From assembly GCA_036746235.1 (NCBI GenBank), contig DAIOEN010000005.1:7879-71878 (forward strand): DNA of 64,000 nucleotides, in the 5' to 3' direction. The notes beneath the pieces are model-generated. The model did not search any database and was not told the DNA's origin. It saw only the letters and a list, made by a program, of their open reading frames with translations. The first letter of the stretch is position 1, and each line of letters opens with the position of its first letter. This document shows positions 47,406 through 57,129 of this stretch, piece by piece. The stretch is from Vulcanimicrobiota bacterium. Lineage in GTDB: Bacteria; Vulcanimicrobiota; SpSt-956; JAKJGF01. A program made the position numbers and the translations under genes.

Positions 47406-49283
47406 TTATAATTCCTGCCAGGAATATATATTCAATATGGTACTGGCATTAAATTTACCGCTTCTTGTTTTATAGTATTCCGGATAATAAATTATACATG
47501 TATCAGAAGAAATCATATTTATATTACCGCCATGACTTTTTGAAGGATCTGACGGCACAGGATTTGGAGATATGGCAGGATTATTTTTTGCTACAACTCC
47601 ACCAAGAAGATGAACAGATGATACCATGCTCTTCCCGAGATGTAATGTACCATGTGTATAAATTACTGCCTGAAGGAAATTATCGTCATCATTGTTGTAA
47701 AGAGAAGGATTCTTTTTAAAGGTATTCCATCTCTGTGAAGAGGCAGTTGCCCACATCATAAGATCATAGGAAAGAGGATGATTAAACCACTGGCTCATTT
47801 CTTCTGGAACAGGTTTCATTCCTTTAGTTATTAATCCATTGTTACAGTCAGGACATCCTGATAATATATGTGAGCCTGTAATATCCCAGTATAGAAGAGG
47901 AGGGGAGTCTACAAAAGAGTTTTCAAACCAGTTGAATGCATTTACTCCATCTGAGCCGCTTAAACCGAACATATTAAAAGTATCCTTTATAACAGATACA
48001 TCTTCCGGCATGGCATATAAAATTTCTCTCATATCAGTATTTACAGTAATAGCAGAATTTACAATCACATCACCTTCTGTAAATATGCCGAGACCCGTTT
48101 TATTGTCAGTATAAAGACCGGGATTTAAAAGTTCCTCTACGATTAAGGACATGCCGTAGGGAGTATCGGCACTGGAAGAGGCTGGATCATTAAAATACCC
48201 TGCTACATAGAGATTGCCTCTGGAATAGGAAGAGAGATTTCCTTCTATAATCAATACACCGTTTATGAATAAACTGGAGTCGTTTTGTATCTCAAGACTT
48301 CCAGGTGTGCTTCCGTCGTATATAATATGTAGACTGCCATTGATAAAGGTATTATTATTTACGATAAAAGGACCTTTATGGACATAACACTGGTCAGGTG
48401 AAGGAGACGCAAATTCAGGGCGTATCACAGGTGCTGGCAGTGTTTCTGTTGAAGAGAAATCGGCTGCAGTAAGAAGAGAGTAACTGTTAGGGTCAGAAGG
48501 TGTTCCATCTGTCACAAGGGGATTGTTCAGATGCCAGTCGAAAAACTGTGGTTCTACCGGGTAATTCGGTTCTATAAATCTGTTATCTACAGTACCTCCG
48601 TAACCTCCTGAAGGTTTAATAGGCCCTCGGCTTCTGAGTTTACTTCCATTGAAAAATCTGCATCTATCAGGATAGAGATTATAATTAATTCCTTTTTTAC
48701 CATATAGAACACATGGCCCTGGATCCAGATTTTCAATGCTGGAAATGCCATTTACCGTAAAATATCCATTTTGACCTATATTTATAACCCCCTCTCCTCC
48801 ACAGGCAAAATAAGTATTTTTTACAGTCATTTTAACAGTTCTTTTAAAGCCTCCGTATTCTCCCTGACCTATAATTACTGCAGTTTCGCCATAAATTTCC
48901 ATACCTGTAAGAGAAGGATAAAAAGAAGGTGCAGATACAGATGTTCCATTATTCGGATTCTTCAGATTATTTATATATGCTACCCTGCATCTACCGGGAA
49001 GGTCATCTGTGTCAGGACTGACTTCTGTGAAGTAAAGAACGGGGACAGAAGGCATGGAACCAGGTGCCCATACACTGTTACTGTCTTCTGACTGAAGATT
49101 GTACATTGCACACATACAGGAAGAACTGGCAAGAATTAAAGCCTGATGTCTGGCATGAATGGATGATACGGTGCTCAGGTTGCCTGTAGAAAGAGATACA
49201 ATAGAAATCGCGATTATAAGCATAAGAACCATTAAACATAATGCACTGATAAGAACTATTCCAGAATTATAAAATTTTGTCAT
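47406..49283 (-). CDS. large pseudopilin-like protein, start overlapping the stop of the upstream ABC ATPase gene
   Basis: MTKFYNSG|IVLISALCLMVLMLIIAISIV. ATG 49283 overlaps TGA 49280-49282 (ATGA). An alternative ATG lies at 49316. C-terminus ..IYSWQEL. Confidence 0.6.
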   Translation of the reverse strand: MTKFYNSGIVLISALCLMVLMLIIAISIVSLSTGNLSTVSSIHARHQALILASSSCMCAMYNLQSEDSNSVWAPGSMPSVPVLYFTEVSPDTDDLPGRCRVAYINNLKNPNNGTSVSAPSFYPSLTGMEIYGETAVIIGQGEYGGFKRTVKMTVKNTYFACGGEGVINIGQNGYFTVNGISSIENLDPGPCVLYGKKGINYNLYPDRCRFFNGSKLRSRGPIKPSGGYGGTVDNRFIEPNYPVEPQFFDWHLNNPLVTDGTPSDPNSYSLLTAADFSSTETLPAPVIRPEFASPSPDQCYVHKGPFIVNNNTFINGSLHIIYDGSTPGSLEIQNDSSLFINGVLIIEGNLSSYSRGNLYVAGYFNDPASSSADTPYGMSLIVEELLNPGLYTDNKTGLGIFTEGDVIVNSAITVNTDMREILYAMPEDVSVIKDTFNMFGLSGSDGVNAFNWFENSFVDSPPLLYWDITGSHILSGCPDCNNGLITKGMKPVPEEMSQWFNHPLSYDLMMWATASSQRWNTFKKNPSLYNNDDDNFLQAVIYTHGTLHLGKSMVSSVHLLGGVVAKNNPAISPNPVPSDPSKSHGGNINMISSDTCIIYYPEYYKTRSGKFNASTILNIYSWQEL

Positions 49284-50275
49284 AGAGGTAATCTCCTTTT
49301 TGTTGTAAAATGACATGCCACAGAGTGACAGGGAGAGTTTTCCAGTTTGATCAGCTCAGGTTTCTTTTCCATACATATATCTTCAGAATAGGGGCATCTC
49401 GGATTAAAGGGACATCCTTTCGGAGCTTCTGTCGGATCTGGCATATCCAGACTTTTCAGAGGTAATTCTTTTTTTATTCTGGCTTTTTTCGGATCAGGCG
49501 GTGGAAGAGCAGAAAGGAGAGCCTGAAGATAGGGATGGGACGGGTTGTCTATAACATGAGATACATCACCTTCTTCTACAATATTTCCAAGATACATGAC
49601 AATAATCTTTCCACCCTTTCCGAAATATCTGGCAGTGGCGAGATCATGGGTTATATAAAGAAAGGCAATATTATTTTTTTCATTCAATTCCCTCATAAGA
49701 TCCAGAATGGCAATACGCATTGAAGCATCTACACCAGATACAGGTTCGTCTGTTATTATAAGTTCCGGTCCGACTATGGTGGCCCTTGCAATAGATACTC
49801 TCTGTCTCTGACCGCCGCTTAACTGAAAGGGATATTTACTGGCAAAATAATCGGGAGGAGTAAGTCCCACCGATGTGAGGAGTGACAGAACTTTTGCTTC
49901 TGATTCTTTCTGATTTTTCGCCATGCCATGAAATAACATAGGATCACTCAGTATCTGATAAACTGTTTTCACAGGGTTAAGGCTTGCATATGAATCCTGG
50001 TGTACTACCTGAACCATAAGTCTGTATTCTTTATTCCATTTGAAGGATCTGTCCCATATATTTCTGTCACCATAATAAACTTCACCTGAAGAAGGTTTCT
50101 GAACACCAAGGCAGATTCTTCCTATTGTACTTTTACCGCATCCACTTTCACCTACTACTGTGATAATTTCTTTTTTATTGATAGCAAGATTAACATTTAC
50201 AGAAGCCCTGAGTATTTTATCGTTTCCCATGTTGAAATTCATATTTATATTACGGAGATCCACTAAAGGTTTCAT
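49280..50275 (-). CDS. oligopeptide/dipeptide ABC transporter ATP-binding protein (OppF/DppF-like)
   Basis: Walker A GESGCGKST, signature LSGGQRQR, Walker B IITDEP. C-terminal Cys-rich Opp tail GCPFNPRCPY. Confidence 0.9.
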   Translation of the reverse strand: MKPLVDLRNINMNFNMGNDKILRASVNVNLAINKKEIITVVGESGCGKSTIGRICLGVQKPSSGEVYYGDRNIWDRSFKWNKEYRLMVQVVHQDSYASLNPVKTVYQILSDPMLFHGMAKNQKESEAKVLSLLTSVGLTPPDYFASKYPFQLSGGQRQRVSIARATIVGPELIITDEPVSGVDASMRIAILDLMRELNEKNNIAFLYITHDLATARYFGKGGKIIVMYLGNIVEEGDVSHVIDNPSHPYLQALLSALPPPDPKKARIKKELPLKSLDMPDPTEAPKGCPFNPRCPYSEDICMEKKPELIKLENSPCHSVACHFTTKRRLPL

Positions 50276-51261
50276 ATGTTACCTGCCTTATAACAGGCCA
50301 CAAAATGGCCCTTTCCTTTATCCAGAAATTCCGGTTCCTTTTCGGAGCATATCTGTTCTGCATAATCACATCTGGGATGAAAAATACATCCTGAAGGTTT
50401 ATTTATTAGATCCGGTGTCTGGCCTTTTACGGGTTTTCTTTTTATTTCATCACCTTCTATGGAAGGAATGGAATTTAAAAGGCCTTTTGTATATGGATGG
50501 AGGGGGGTGTTAAATAGCCCATCTGCACCGGCAAATTCAAATATTTTTCCGCCGTACATAACACCTATTGCATCTGCAAGTTTTGCCACTGCACTCATAT
50601 CATGGGTAATAAACATCATGGTCTGTCCTGTGCTATCATGAATTTCTTTGAGTATATCGAAAATATAACTCTGAGTAATTACATCGAGGGCTGTTGTCGG
50701 TTCATCAAGGATTATAAATTCCGGTTCTAAAATCATGGCCATTACTATAATTACCCTCTGTCTCATACCGCCGCTCAATTCATGGGGATAGGCATGGAGG
50801 ACTCTTTTCGGGTCAAGTCTTACCATGGAAAATAAATTTCCCAGTCTTTCCCTGTATTTACTGTCACGCCAGTTCTTTCCATGATCTGTAAGAGTATCAA
50901 GAATCTGTGCTTTTATACGTACTGTTGGATTCAGAGCATTCTGTGCTGCCTGAAAAACTACTGATGCTCTGCGCCATCGAAAATCTCTCACTTCATGTTC
51001 TGTCATTTCAAGTATATCTTTTCCATGAAAAATTATTTTACTTTCAGGAGAAATTTTTCCATTGGGCGCAAGGATTCTGAGTATTGTTCCTGTAAGGGTG
51101 CTTTTACCGCTTCCTGATTCTCCTATGAGTGCAGTTATTTTTCCTTTTTCCACATCAAAGGTGACATTATCTACAGATTTTACAAGACCTTCCTTTACCT
51201 GATAATCTACCTTCACATGTTTAAACTGGAGGATAATATTTTTTTCTGTCCTGTCTGTCAT
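50272..51261 (-). CDS. oligopeptide/dipeptide ABC transporter ATP-binding protein (OppD/DppD-like)
   Basis: GESGSGKST, LSGGMRQR, IILDEPTTALD, CIFHPRCDYA. 4-nt overlap with the downstream ATPase gene. Confidence 0.9.
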   Translation of the reverse strand: MTDRTEKNIILQFKHVKVDYQVKEGLVKSVDNVTFDVEKGKITALIGESGSGKSTLTGTILRILAPNGKISPESKIIFHGKDILEMTEHEVRDFRWRRASVVFQAAQNALNPTVRIKAQILDTLTDHGKNWRDSKYRERLGNLFSMVRLDPKRVLHAYPHELSGGMRQRVIIVMAMILEPEFIILDEPTTALDVITQSYIFDILKEIHDSTGQTMMFITHDMSAVAKLADAIGVMYGGKIFEFAGADGLFNTPLHPYTKGLLNSIPSIEGDEIKRKPVKGQTPDLINKPSGCIFHPRCDYAEQICSEKEPEFLDKGKGHFVACYKAGNI

Positions 51262-51384
51262 TTAATGATATCTCCTGTCATAATTATGGATTGTGTTTTT
51301 TTTACGACAGATAACCGGTGAATAGTGAGAAGTAATATGATATTACCCTTTACCATTCACCTTTCACTCTTTTCATCAATAAAA

Positions 51385-52245
51385 TCATCTTGCTCTCAAT
51401 CTCGGATCAAACAGTTCGTCAACACCTGATGCGAAATTGATGAGACTGTATTGAAAAATTACTATAGCCGCCATGGGAGACAGGATATATGAATAGGCCT
51501 TCGGTATATATATGGCTCCTGTCTGAAAAGCGGCCAGATTGAGCATCATGCCCCAGTTCTGAATCTTCAGAGGCACGAGTCCTAAAAGCATGATGCCCAC
51601 ACTTGCAGTTATGGCACCTCTTGCAATATTTATAAAATTAATCGTTATAAAGGGCATCATGTTTGGCATAAGTTCTTTAAACATGATATGACATGTGCTC
51701 ATGCCCATTATGCGGGCAACTTCTATGAATTCTTTCTTTTTCATTGTAAGGATCTGTGTTCTTATGGCTCTTGCCAGAGCAGGCCATGACCAGAGTGCAA
51801 GAATAAGGCCGAACATTACAGGGCTTTTAATCCGGAAAAGAGCGGCAAATATGGCCATGACAGGGAAAGATGGCACAGTGAGAAGAACATCTATCAATCT
51901 CATTATAAAAACATCCAGCTTCCCTCCAAGTAAACCTGCCATGAGTCCTATAATGACTGCGAGCGATATGCCGAACATGCCTGTGGAAAAGGCAATAATC
52001 ATGATGTCTCCCGAACCATGGACTATCTGGGCAAAAATATCCCTTCCTCCGTAATCAGTACCCAGTATATGGGAAAAAGAAGGGGGAAGAAAACGCTTCC
52101 CGTAATCGGGAGTCATATCCAGGGGAATTATTAGAGGGCCAATAGTGGCCATGAAAAGAAATAAAAGAAGCATTATAAAGCCGAAAAAAGCACGCCTGTT
52201 TCCCCTTATTATTTTAAATGATGCCAGTAATCCTGTCATATTCAT
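51385..52245 (-). CDS. peptide ABC transporter permease (OppC/DppC-like)
   Basis: 286-aa polytopic membrane ORF. Abuts the upstream permease gene (stop at 52246, start at 52245). Confidence 0.85.
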   Translation of the reverse strand: MNMTGLLASFKIIRGNRRAFFGFIMLLLFLFMATIGPLIIPLDMTPDYGKRFLPPSFSHILGTDYGGRDIFAQIVHGSGDIMIIAFSTGMFGISLAVIIGLMAGLLGGKLDVFIMRLIDVLLTVPSFPVMAIFAALFRIKSPVMFGLILALWSWPALARAIRTQILTMKKKEFIEVARIMGMSTCHIMFKELMPNMMPFITINFINIARGAITASVGIMLLGLVPLKIQNWGMMLNLAAFQTGAIYIPKAYSYILSPMAAIVIFQYSLINFASGVDELFDPRLRAR

Positions 52246-53244
52246 TCACTCCAGTTTTATTCTCGGATCCAGTTTCGTATAGATTATATCTGCCATGAAG
52301 TTTGCAAAAATAACTGCCACTGTCGTTACGAGGAAAAGGCCCTGTATGAGGCTGTAATCTCTGGTATTAATGGCCTGTCCGAAGAAATACCCTATGCCGG
52401 GATAACCGAAAATAGTTTCTACAAGCATTGAGCCTCCAAGCATGGATGCCATAGTAATGGCAAGACCTGTTATCATTGGCATTATGGCATTTTTCCCCAC
52501 ATATTGAATTAAAATCCTGTTTTCCGTAAGTCCCTTTGCTTTTGCTACATTTATATAATCTTCTCCCAGAACACCTGTGGCACTGGCTTTCATTGCAAGG
52601 GCCCACCCTCCTGTGGCCTGAAGGGAAAAAGCCATGACAGGTAAAATAGCATGATATAAGATGTTTAATATAAAGGGGAGATTGAAACCGGGATCCACCT
52701 CCGGCCCGTAAGCCCCCCTCATGGGAAGCCATCTTAAAGATACACCGAAGGTTACGAGTAAGATTAAACCTATCAGAAAATCCGGCACAGCCTGTGTAAC
52801 TGTAGAATATAATGTGATCAGAGGATCGAGAATGGTTTTTCTTTTCCATGCTATTGCAGTTCCCAGGAACATGCCTGCCGTAAAACTTATAATTACAGAG
52901 AGGGATGTTATGAATATTGTCCATGGAAGGGCTTTACAGATAATAACAGATACAGGTATTCTGTATGTAAGAGAATAGCCGAGATTTCCATGGAATATGA
53001 GATTTGCAAGATATTTATAATATTGAACATATACTGGCACTGTTGGGTCATAATTCATCATGGTTTTTGCGATCTCCCTTGCTTCATTGTATCCTATACC
53101 CTGCTGCATCTGTATCTGTAAAGCCCATGTATGAATTATATCTCCAGGCATCTGTCTTACCAGAAAAAAAGTAAAGGTCATGGCAACGAGTATTGTTAAA
53201 AGGGAAATCAATAATTTTCTGCCTAAAAGTTTCAAGTTATACAT
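52246..53244 (-). CDS. peptide ABC transporter permease (OppB/DppB-like)
   Basis: 332-aa polytopic membrane ORF, with operon context. Confidence 0.85.
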   Translation of the reverse strand: MYNLKLLGRKLLISLLTILVAMTFTFFLVRQMPGDIIHTWALQIQMQQGIGYNEAREIAKTMMNYDPTVPVYVQYYKYLANLIFHGNLGYSLTYRIPVSVIICKALPWTIFITSLSVIISFTAGMFLGTAIAWKRKTILDPLITLYSTVTQAVPDFLIGLILLVTFGVSLRWLPMRGAYGPEVDPGFNLPFILNILYHAILPVMAFSLQATGGWALAMKASATGVLGEDYINVAKAKGLTENRILIQYVGKNAIMPMITGLAITMASMLGGSMLVETIFGYPGIGYFFGQAINTRDYSLIQGLFLVTTVAVIFANFMADIIYTKLDPRIKLE

Positions 53245-53314
53245 AAAATTTTTTCTCCTGTCCCTTGTTATGTGTATGTCATAACCTGACGGGGTGAGTA
53301 TATATCATGTTCAT

Positions 53315-53363
53315 TACTCACGACTCACGACTCACGATTCACGACTCACCACTCACGACTCAC
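53315..53363. repeat. seven tandem 7-nt units (tactcac gactcac gactcac gattcac gactcac cactcac gactcac)
   Basis: Read directly. Lies between the binding-protein gene stop (53367-53369) and the permease gene start. On the mRNA it reads (GUGAGUN)x7, followed by one complementary UACUCAC (53295-53301). Confidence 0.85.
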
Positions 53364-53366
53364 TTC

Positions 53367-55082
53367 TTAATATGCAGGTTTTAACAGACCTTTTACGATC
53401 ATTGTACAGTAGATACTTTCAATACCTCCCGGTGCTGCCTGCCAGAGTTTATCATCACCGTCAGGCCACCCTGCTACTCTTACACCGTCTGAAATAAATA
53501 TAGTTATTCTCTTTTCATAGCAGGTAATAAAGGGGAGATATTCATTTGTAACCCATGCAAGTTTTTCTACAATTTCATCCCTTTTCTCCGGTTCCATTAC
53601 ATAATTTAATTCTTCCGAAAGTTTTTCCGTATCTATTTCTTCATTGTTTTTATATGTTATCTTCGAAGGAAGGCCTGATGCCACTCCGATCATGCTGTCT
53701 CTGTAATAAAATCTGTTAAACGATACGGATGGATGTCCGTATTTACCGGTTTGAGCACCGTTTTCAGAGGCAAAATCGAAATTTCCTTCTTTTATAATGG
53801 TACTGTACAGGTCGAGAGGCACAACCCTTACCTGTGTGAAGAGACCGAATTTTGTCATCTGTGAAGAAGCTGCTTCCGAAAGGAGTATCAAATCTGTAAG
53901 GCCTGATGGCGCTATGATTTCCATGGCAATTTCCTTCCCTTCAGGAGTAAGCCACATGCCCCTCTTATTCTTTTTATAACCTGCTTCATTCAGAATTTTT
54001 ACTGCTTTTTCACTGTTATAATCATAAAGGGTAAGATCTTTAAAGAATTTTTTTGTGAGCCATTTATCCCTTAAAGATTTCGGTACGGCAAGACTGTAAT
54101 CTGTAACTGCATCACCGCAGGAATAGGCTATATTTTTTATCATTTCCCTGTCCAGGATATGGGCCACTGCTTTTCTGAAATTCAGATCATTTACAGGACT
54201 TTTTTTACAGTTACATATGAGTCCGAATTCGCTCATATCGGAAGGAGTAACAATCTCTGTATCAGGATTTTTCTTTAAAATTTCCTGTGCCACATCAAAG
54301 GGACAGGCAGGAGCAACTCCATCCATTTCCTCTGCTATAAGATAGGACCATACTACTTCATTGCTGCCCCACCTCATTATCCTTATCTTATTTATTTTTA
54401 CATTCTCTGCCTCATAGTAAAGGGGAAATTTATCGAGCATTATATCTGAAGATGTGACTTTCCCTATCCTGAAAGGTCCTGTTCCTACAGGCATTTCAGG
54501 GTGGTATTTATAGAGGACTTCCCTTACTTTCTGTTCATCTTTTTTTTCTTTCTGAAGGGCAGGAACCATATCTGCCCATCTGCCGAAAATATGACAGGGA
54601 GATGTAATGAATTCTGTAAGAGCTCTTATGGTATTGGTAGGAGACGGTTTTTTCCATATAAACAGAACGGTATTTTCGTCGGGACATTCAATTCTTTCAA
54701 GATTTCTCCATATTTCCAGGTTTTTCAGGTAGCCTATATAGAAGGTTGTCTTCACATCACTGCTTCCGAAACCATGTCCGTCATGCCATAGAACTCCCTT
54801 TTTTAACCTCACTGTAAGAGTCAGATTGTCTCTGCTTTCCTCAAACGATTCTCCCAGTCTGGAAATATATTCTCCTCTGGAGGGAATATATATAAAAAGT
54901 GGTTCATGCACGAAGGGCCCTGCTGCTCCCACTCCTCCCGGTGCCCAGGGGTTTCCATGATAGGCAGGAGGTATGTCCCAGTTTCCTGCAGTATAAAATA
55001 CTCCTTTCTCGGCTTTTCTCACACTGCAACCTGAAAAGAGAAGAGAGAAAATTAAAAGGATGTGTAATTTTTTTAAAAACAT
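53367..55082 (-). CDS. peptide ABC transporter substrate-binding lipoprotein (family 5, OppA/DppA-like)
   Basis: 571 aa. Lipobox LLFSGC at the N-terminus. First gene of the five-gene operon. Confidence 0.85.
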   Translation of the reverse strand: MFLKKLHILLIFSLLFSGCSVRKAEKGVFYTAGNWDIPPAYHGNPWAPGGVGAAGPFVHEPLFIYIPSRGEYISRLGESFEESRDNLTLTVRLKKGVLWHDGHGFGSSDVKTTFYIGYLKNLEIWRNLERIECPDENTVLFIWKKPSPTNTIRALTEFITSPCHIFGRWADMVPALQKEKKDEQKVREVLYKYHPEMPVGTGPFRIGKVTSSDIMLDKFPLYYEAENVKINKIRIMRWGSNEVVWSYLIAEEMDGVAPACPFDVAQEILKKNPDTEIVTPSDMSEFGLICNCKKSPVNDLNFRKAVAHILDREMIKNIAYSCGDAVTDYSLAVPKSLRDKWLTKKFFKDLTLYDYNSEKAVKILNEAGYKKNKRGMWLTPEGKEIAMEIIAPSGLTDLILLSEAASSQMTKFGLFTQVRVVPLDLYSTIIKEGNFDFASENGAQTGKYGHPSVSFNRFYYRDSMIGVASGLPSKITYKNNEEIDTEKLSEELNYVMEPEKRDEIVEKLAWVTNEYLPFITCYEKRITIFISDGVRVAGWPDGDDKLWQAAPGGIESIYCTMIVKGLLKPAY

Positions 55083-55360
55083 CGATTCATACTTTTCCTT
55101 ACAGTATTTATAGCACTTTAAAAAAGATAATTTCCCCCTCTAGATACTAATAAAGACATTAACATAGAACAAAAAATAGAACAATCTGTAAATAAAGACT
55201 GAAAATAACGATAGGTGCAAAAAGAATTTCATGAATATTTTATATTAAAAAGTTTTTCTTTCATTTTTTTTGCCTGATGTTTTTTTCTGTCTTTTTACTG
55301 ATATTTACTTTTCAAGTAAAATTGATATTATTGAAAAAATTAATGAAAAGAGGTGAATTT

Positions 55361-55729
55361 ATGGTAAAAATTATATCTTTTTTAATTTTGCTTATGTTTA
55401 TAACAGGTATATCTTATGGTGCGGAAAATCTTATTATGACAGATATGTACAGTTATGTGATTAATATTACCGGCTCGGATAACGGTGATGACCTTTTTGT
55501 ATGCACCTTCACAGTAAAGAATAAAAGCGGTAAAATTCTGTATAATCCACGGATTGTTGCCTCTCCTGGTAAAGAAGCTTTAATAGAAACAGGAAATGAA
55601 AAGGATATTAATATTAAATTTAATATACTCATAAACAGGGAAAAAGACGGTGCTCTTTACAATATTAAAACCTTAAAATCACAGAAAGTAATCGATACAT
55701 TTACAGGAACAGTAACATTTGAACAATAA
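55361..55729 (+). CDS. small secreted hypothetical protein
   Basis: agaggtg RBS before ATG 55361. Sec signal MVKIISFLILLMFITGISYGA. Confidence 0.55.
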   Translation: MVKIISFLILLMFITGISYGAENLIMTDMYSYVINITGSDNGDDLFVCTFTVKNKSGKILYNPRIVASPGKEALIETGNEKDINIKFNILINREKDGALYNIKTLKSQKVIDTFTGTVTFEQ

Positions 55730-55755
55730 ATGTTTCTCTTAGCTGAAGAAATATA

Positions 55756-55777
55756 AAATCCCGGAAGGGATTTTTTT
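55756..55777 (+). terminator. rho-independent terminator
   Basis: aaatccc-ggaa-gggattt followed by a T-run. Confidence 0.65.
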
Positions 55778-55846
55778 ATTTACTATTTTTTTCTGTAAAT
55801 AATCGTATGTTAATTAAGTAATGATCTCACTCCTCACCACACATTC

Positions 55847-55907
55847 AGATGCCTGACGAAAAGCATATTCTCATATTTAGCTGTGACCCGCTCCGGTCAT
55901 GCCTGTT
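55847..55907 (+). repeat. repeat family Z, copy 3
   Basis: cagatgcctgacgaaaagcatattctcatatttagctgtgacccgctccggtcatgcctgttt. Confidence 0.6.
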
Positions 55908-56010
55908 TAAAATTCATATGATTTTTATAAAAAATATTGACTTTTGATATTTAATAATATATAATGATATTTATAAATAATTAATGATATAAAATATTGG
56001 AGGAATTTTA

Positions 56011-56685
56011 ATGAAAACATGGTATGAAGGACATGACAGGGCCTATAGAAAGCGAAAGGCAGACGGATGGACAGGGTGGTCAGAAAGAAGGGAAGAAGTA
56101 GAAGAGACAGTATCTGTTCTGGAAAGAGTTATTCTTGCCGATTATGTTCCGAAAAAAGGCAGATTTCTTGAGCTGGGATGCGGTGCAGGAGATTTTACAT
56201 TATGGGCAGCGGGAAAGGGTTATGAAGCTTACGGTGTTGATATTTCTCCCGCTGCTGTAGACTGGGCCAGGGAAAAAGCAGAAAAAAATAATTTGAAAAT
56301 TGATTTTCGTACAGGTAATGTTCTGAATCTGGAAGGTTATTCAGATGATTTTTTTGATTTTATTCTGGACGGGCACTGTCTGCACTGTATAATAGGAGAA
56401 GATAGAAAACTTTTTCTCTCCAGTGCCTTCAGGGTTTTGAAAAGAGGCGGTTTTTTTCATATAGGTACAATGTGCAATGAACCGGGTTTTGATGACGGCA
56501 GTTTTGATACTCATAGCAGATGCACCGTTTACGGTGATATTGCCAGCAGATATATTGGCCTTCCTGAAGATATACTGCAGGAGATCAGAGAGGGAGGATT
56601 TCGTATTTTACACAGTGAGATAATAAAATCAAACAGTAATGGTATCGTGCAGGAAGGTCTTCTTGTAGAGTGTAGAAAAGACTGA
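56011..56685 (+). CDS. class I SAM-dependent methyltransferase
   Basis: Motif I FLELGCGAGDFTLWAA, then YGVDISPAAVDWAREKA. Confidence 0.8.
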   Translation: MKTWYEGHDRAYRKRKADGWTGWSERREEVEETVSVLERVILADYVPKKGRFLELGCGAGDFTLWAAGKGYEAYGVDISPAAVDWAREKAEKNNLKIDFRTGNVLNLEGYSDDFFDFILDGHCLHCIIGEDRKLFLSSAFRVLKRGGFFHIGTMCNEPGFDDGSFDTHSRCTVYGDIASRYIGLPEDILQEIREGGFRILHSEIIKSNSNGIVQEGLLVECRKD

Positions 56686-56721
56686 CATGAATTTCAGATT
56701 GCATCAGATTTTATAAAGAGG

Positions 56722-56753
56722 CAGAAAAAAACACAGTACAATGTTTTTTTCTG
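56722..56753 (+). terminator. terminator hairpin after the methyltransferase gene
   Basis: cagaaaaaaaca / tgtttttttctg stem, T-rich tail. Confidence 0.6.
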
Positions 56754-56924
56754 TCTCTTTGTGTTTTTTTGTAATTCAGATATTTTATGTGAGATATGAT
56801 TTATTGAGTTAATATGACTGTATAGTTTCGTTTTTTTCCTTCTCTCCTGTCTTTTCTGGATGCTCTATTTTTTAGATTAAATATTATTGTAAATACAGGG
56901 TTTTTGTCGTTTTTTTATCATCCT

Positions 56925-57025
56925 ATCGTTTTTTTATGTCTGATTTTACTATATTTACTTATATGTTTATGTTAACAATTTTGTTACATTTTTTTAATAT
57001 TTCAGAGAATTTTTTGTGGTATATT
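56925..57025 (+). promoter_or_regulatory. conserved regulon promoter module, copy O
   Basis: atcgtt 56925-56930, tgtct 56937-56941, gttaacaattttgttaca 56971-56988, 31 nt, tatatt (57020-57025). Confidence 0.7.
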
Positions 57026-57129
57026 TATTTCGAAAAGGCCCTTTAGAAATGGGTAAAGGAAGAGTTGTAATAAGGGATTTAAATGCTATTTTCAGTATTA
57101 AAATACTTATAAAGAAAGGATGTATCTTT

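Noticed and set aside
53315-53363. Possible CRISPR or other spaced-repeat array.
   Set aside because: The units are contiguous 7-mers without spacers. No repeat-spacer architecture of CRISPR dimensions occurs anywhere in the window.
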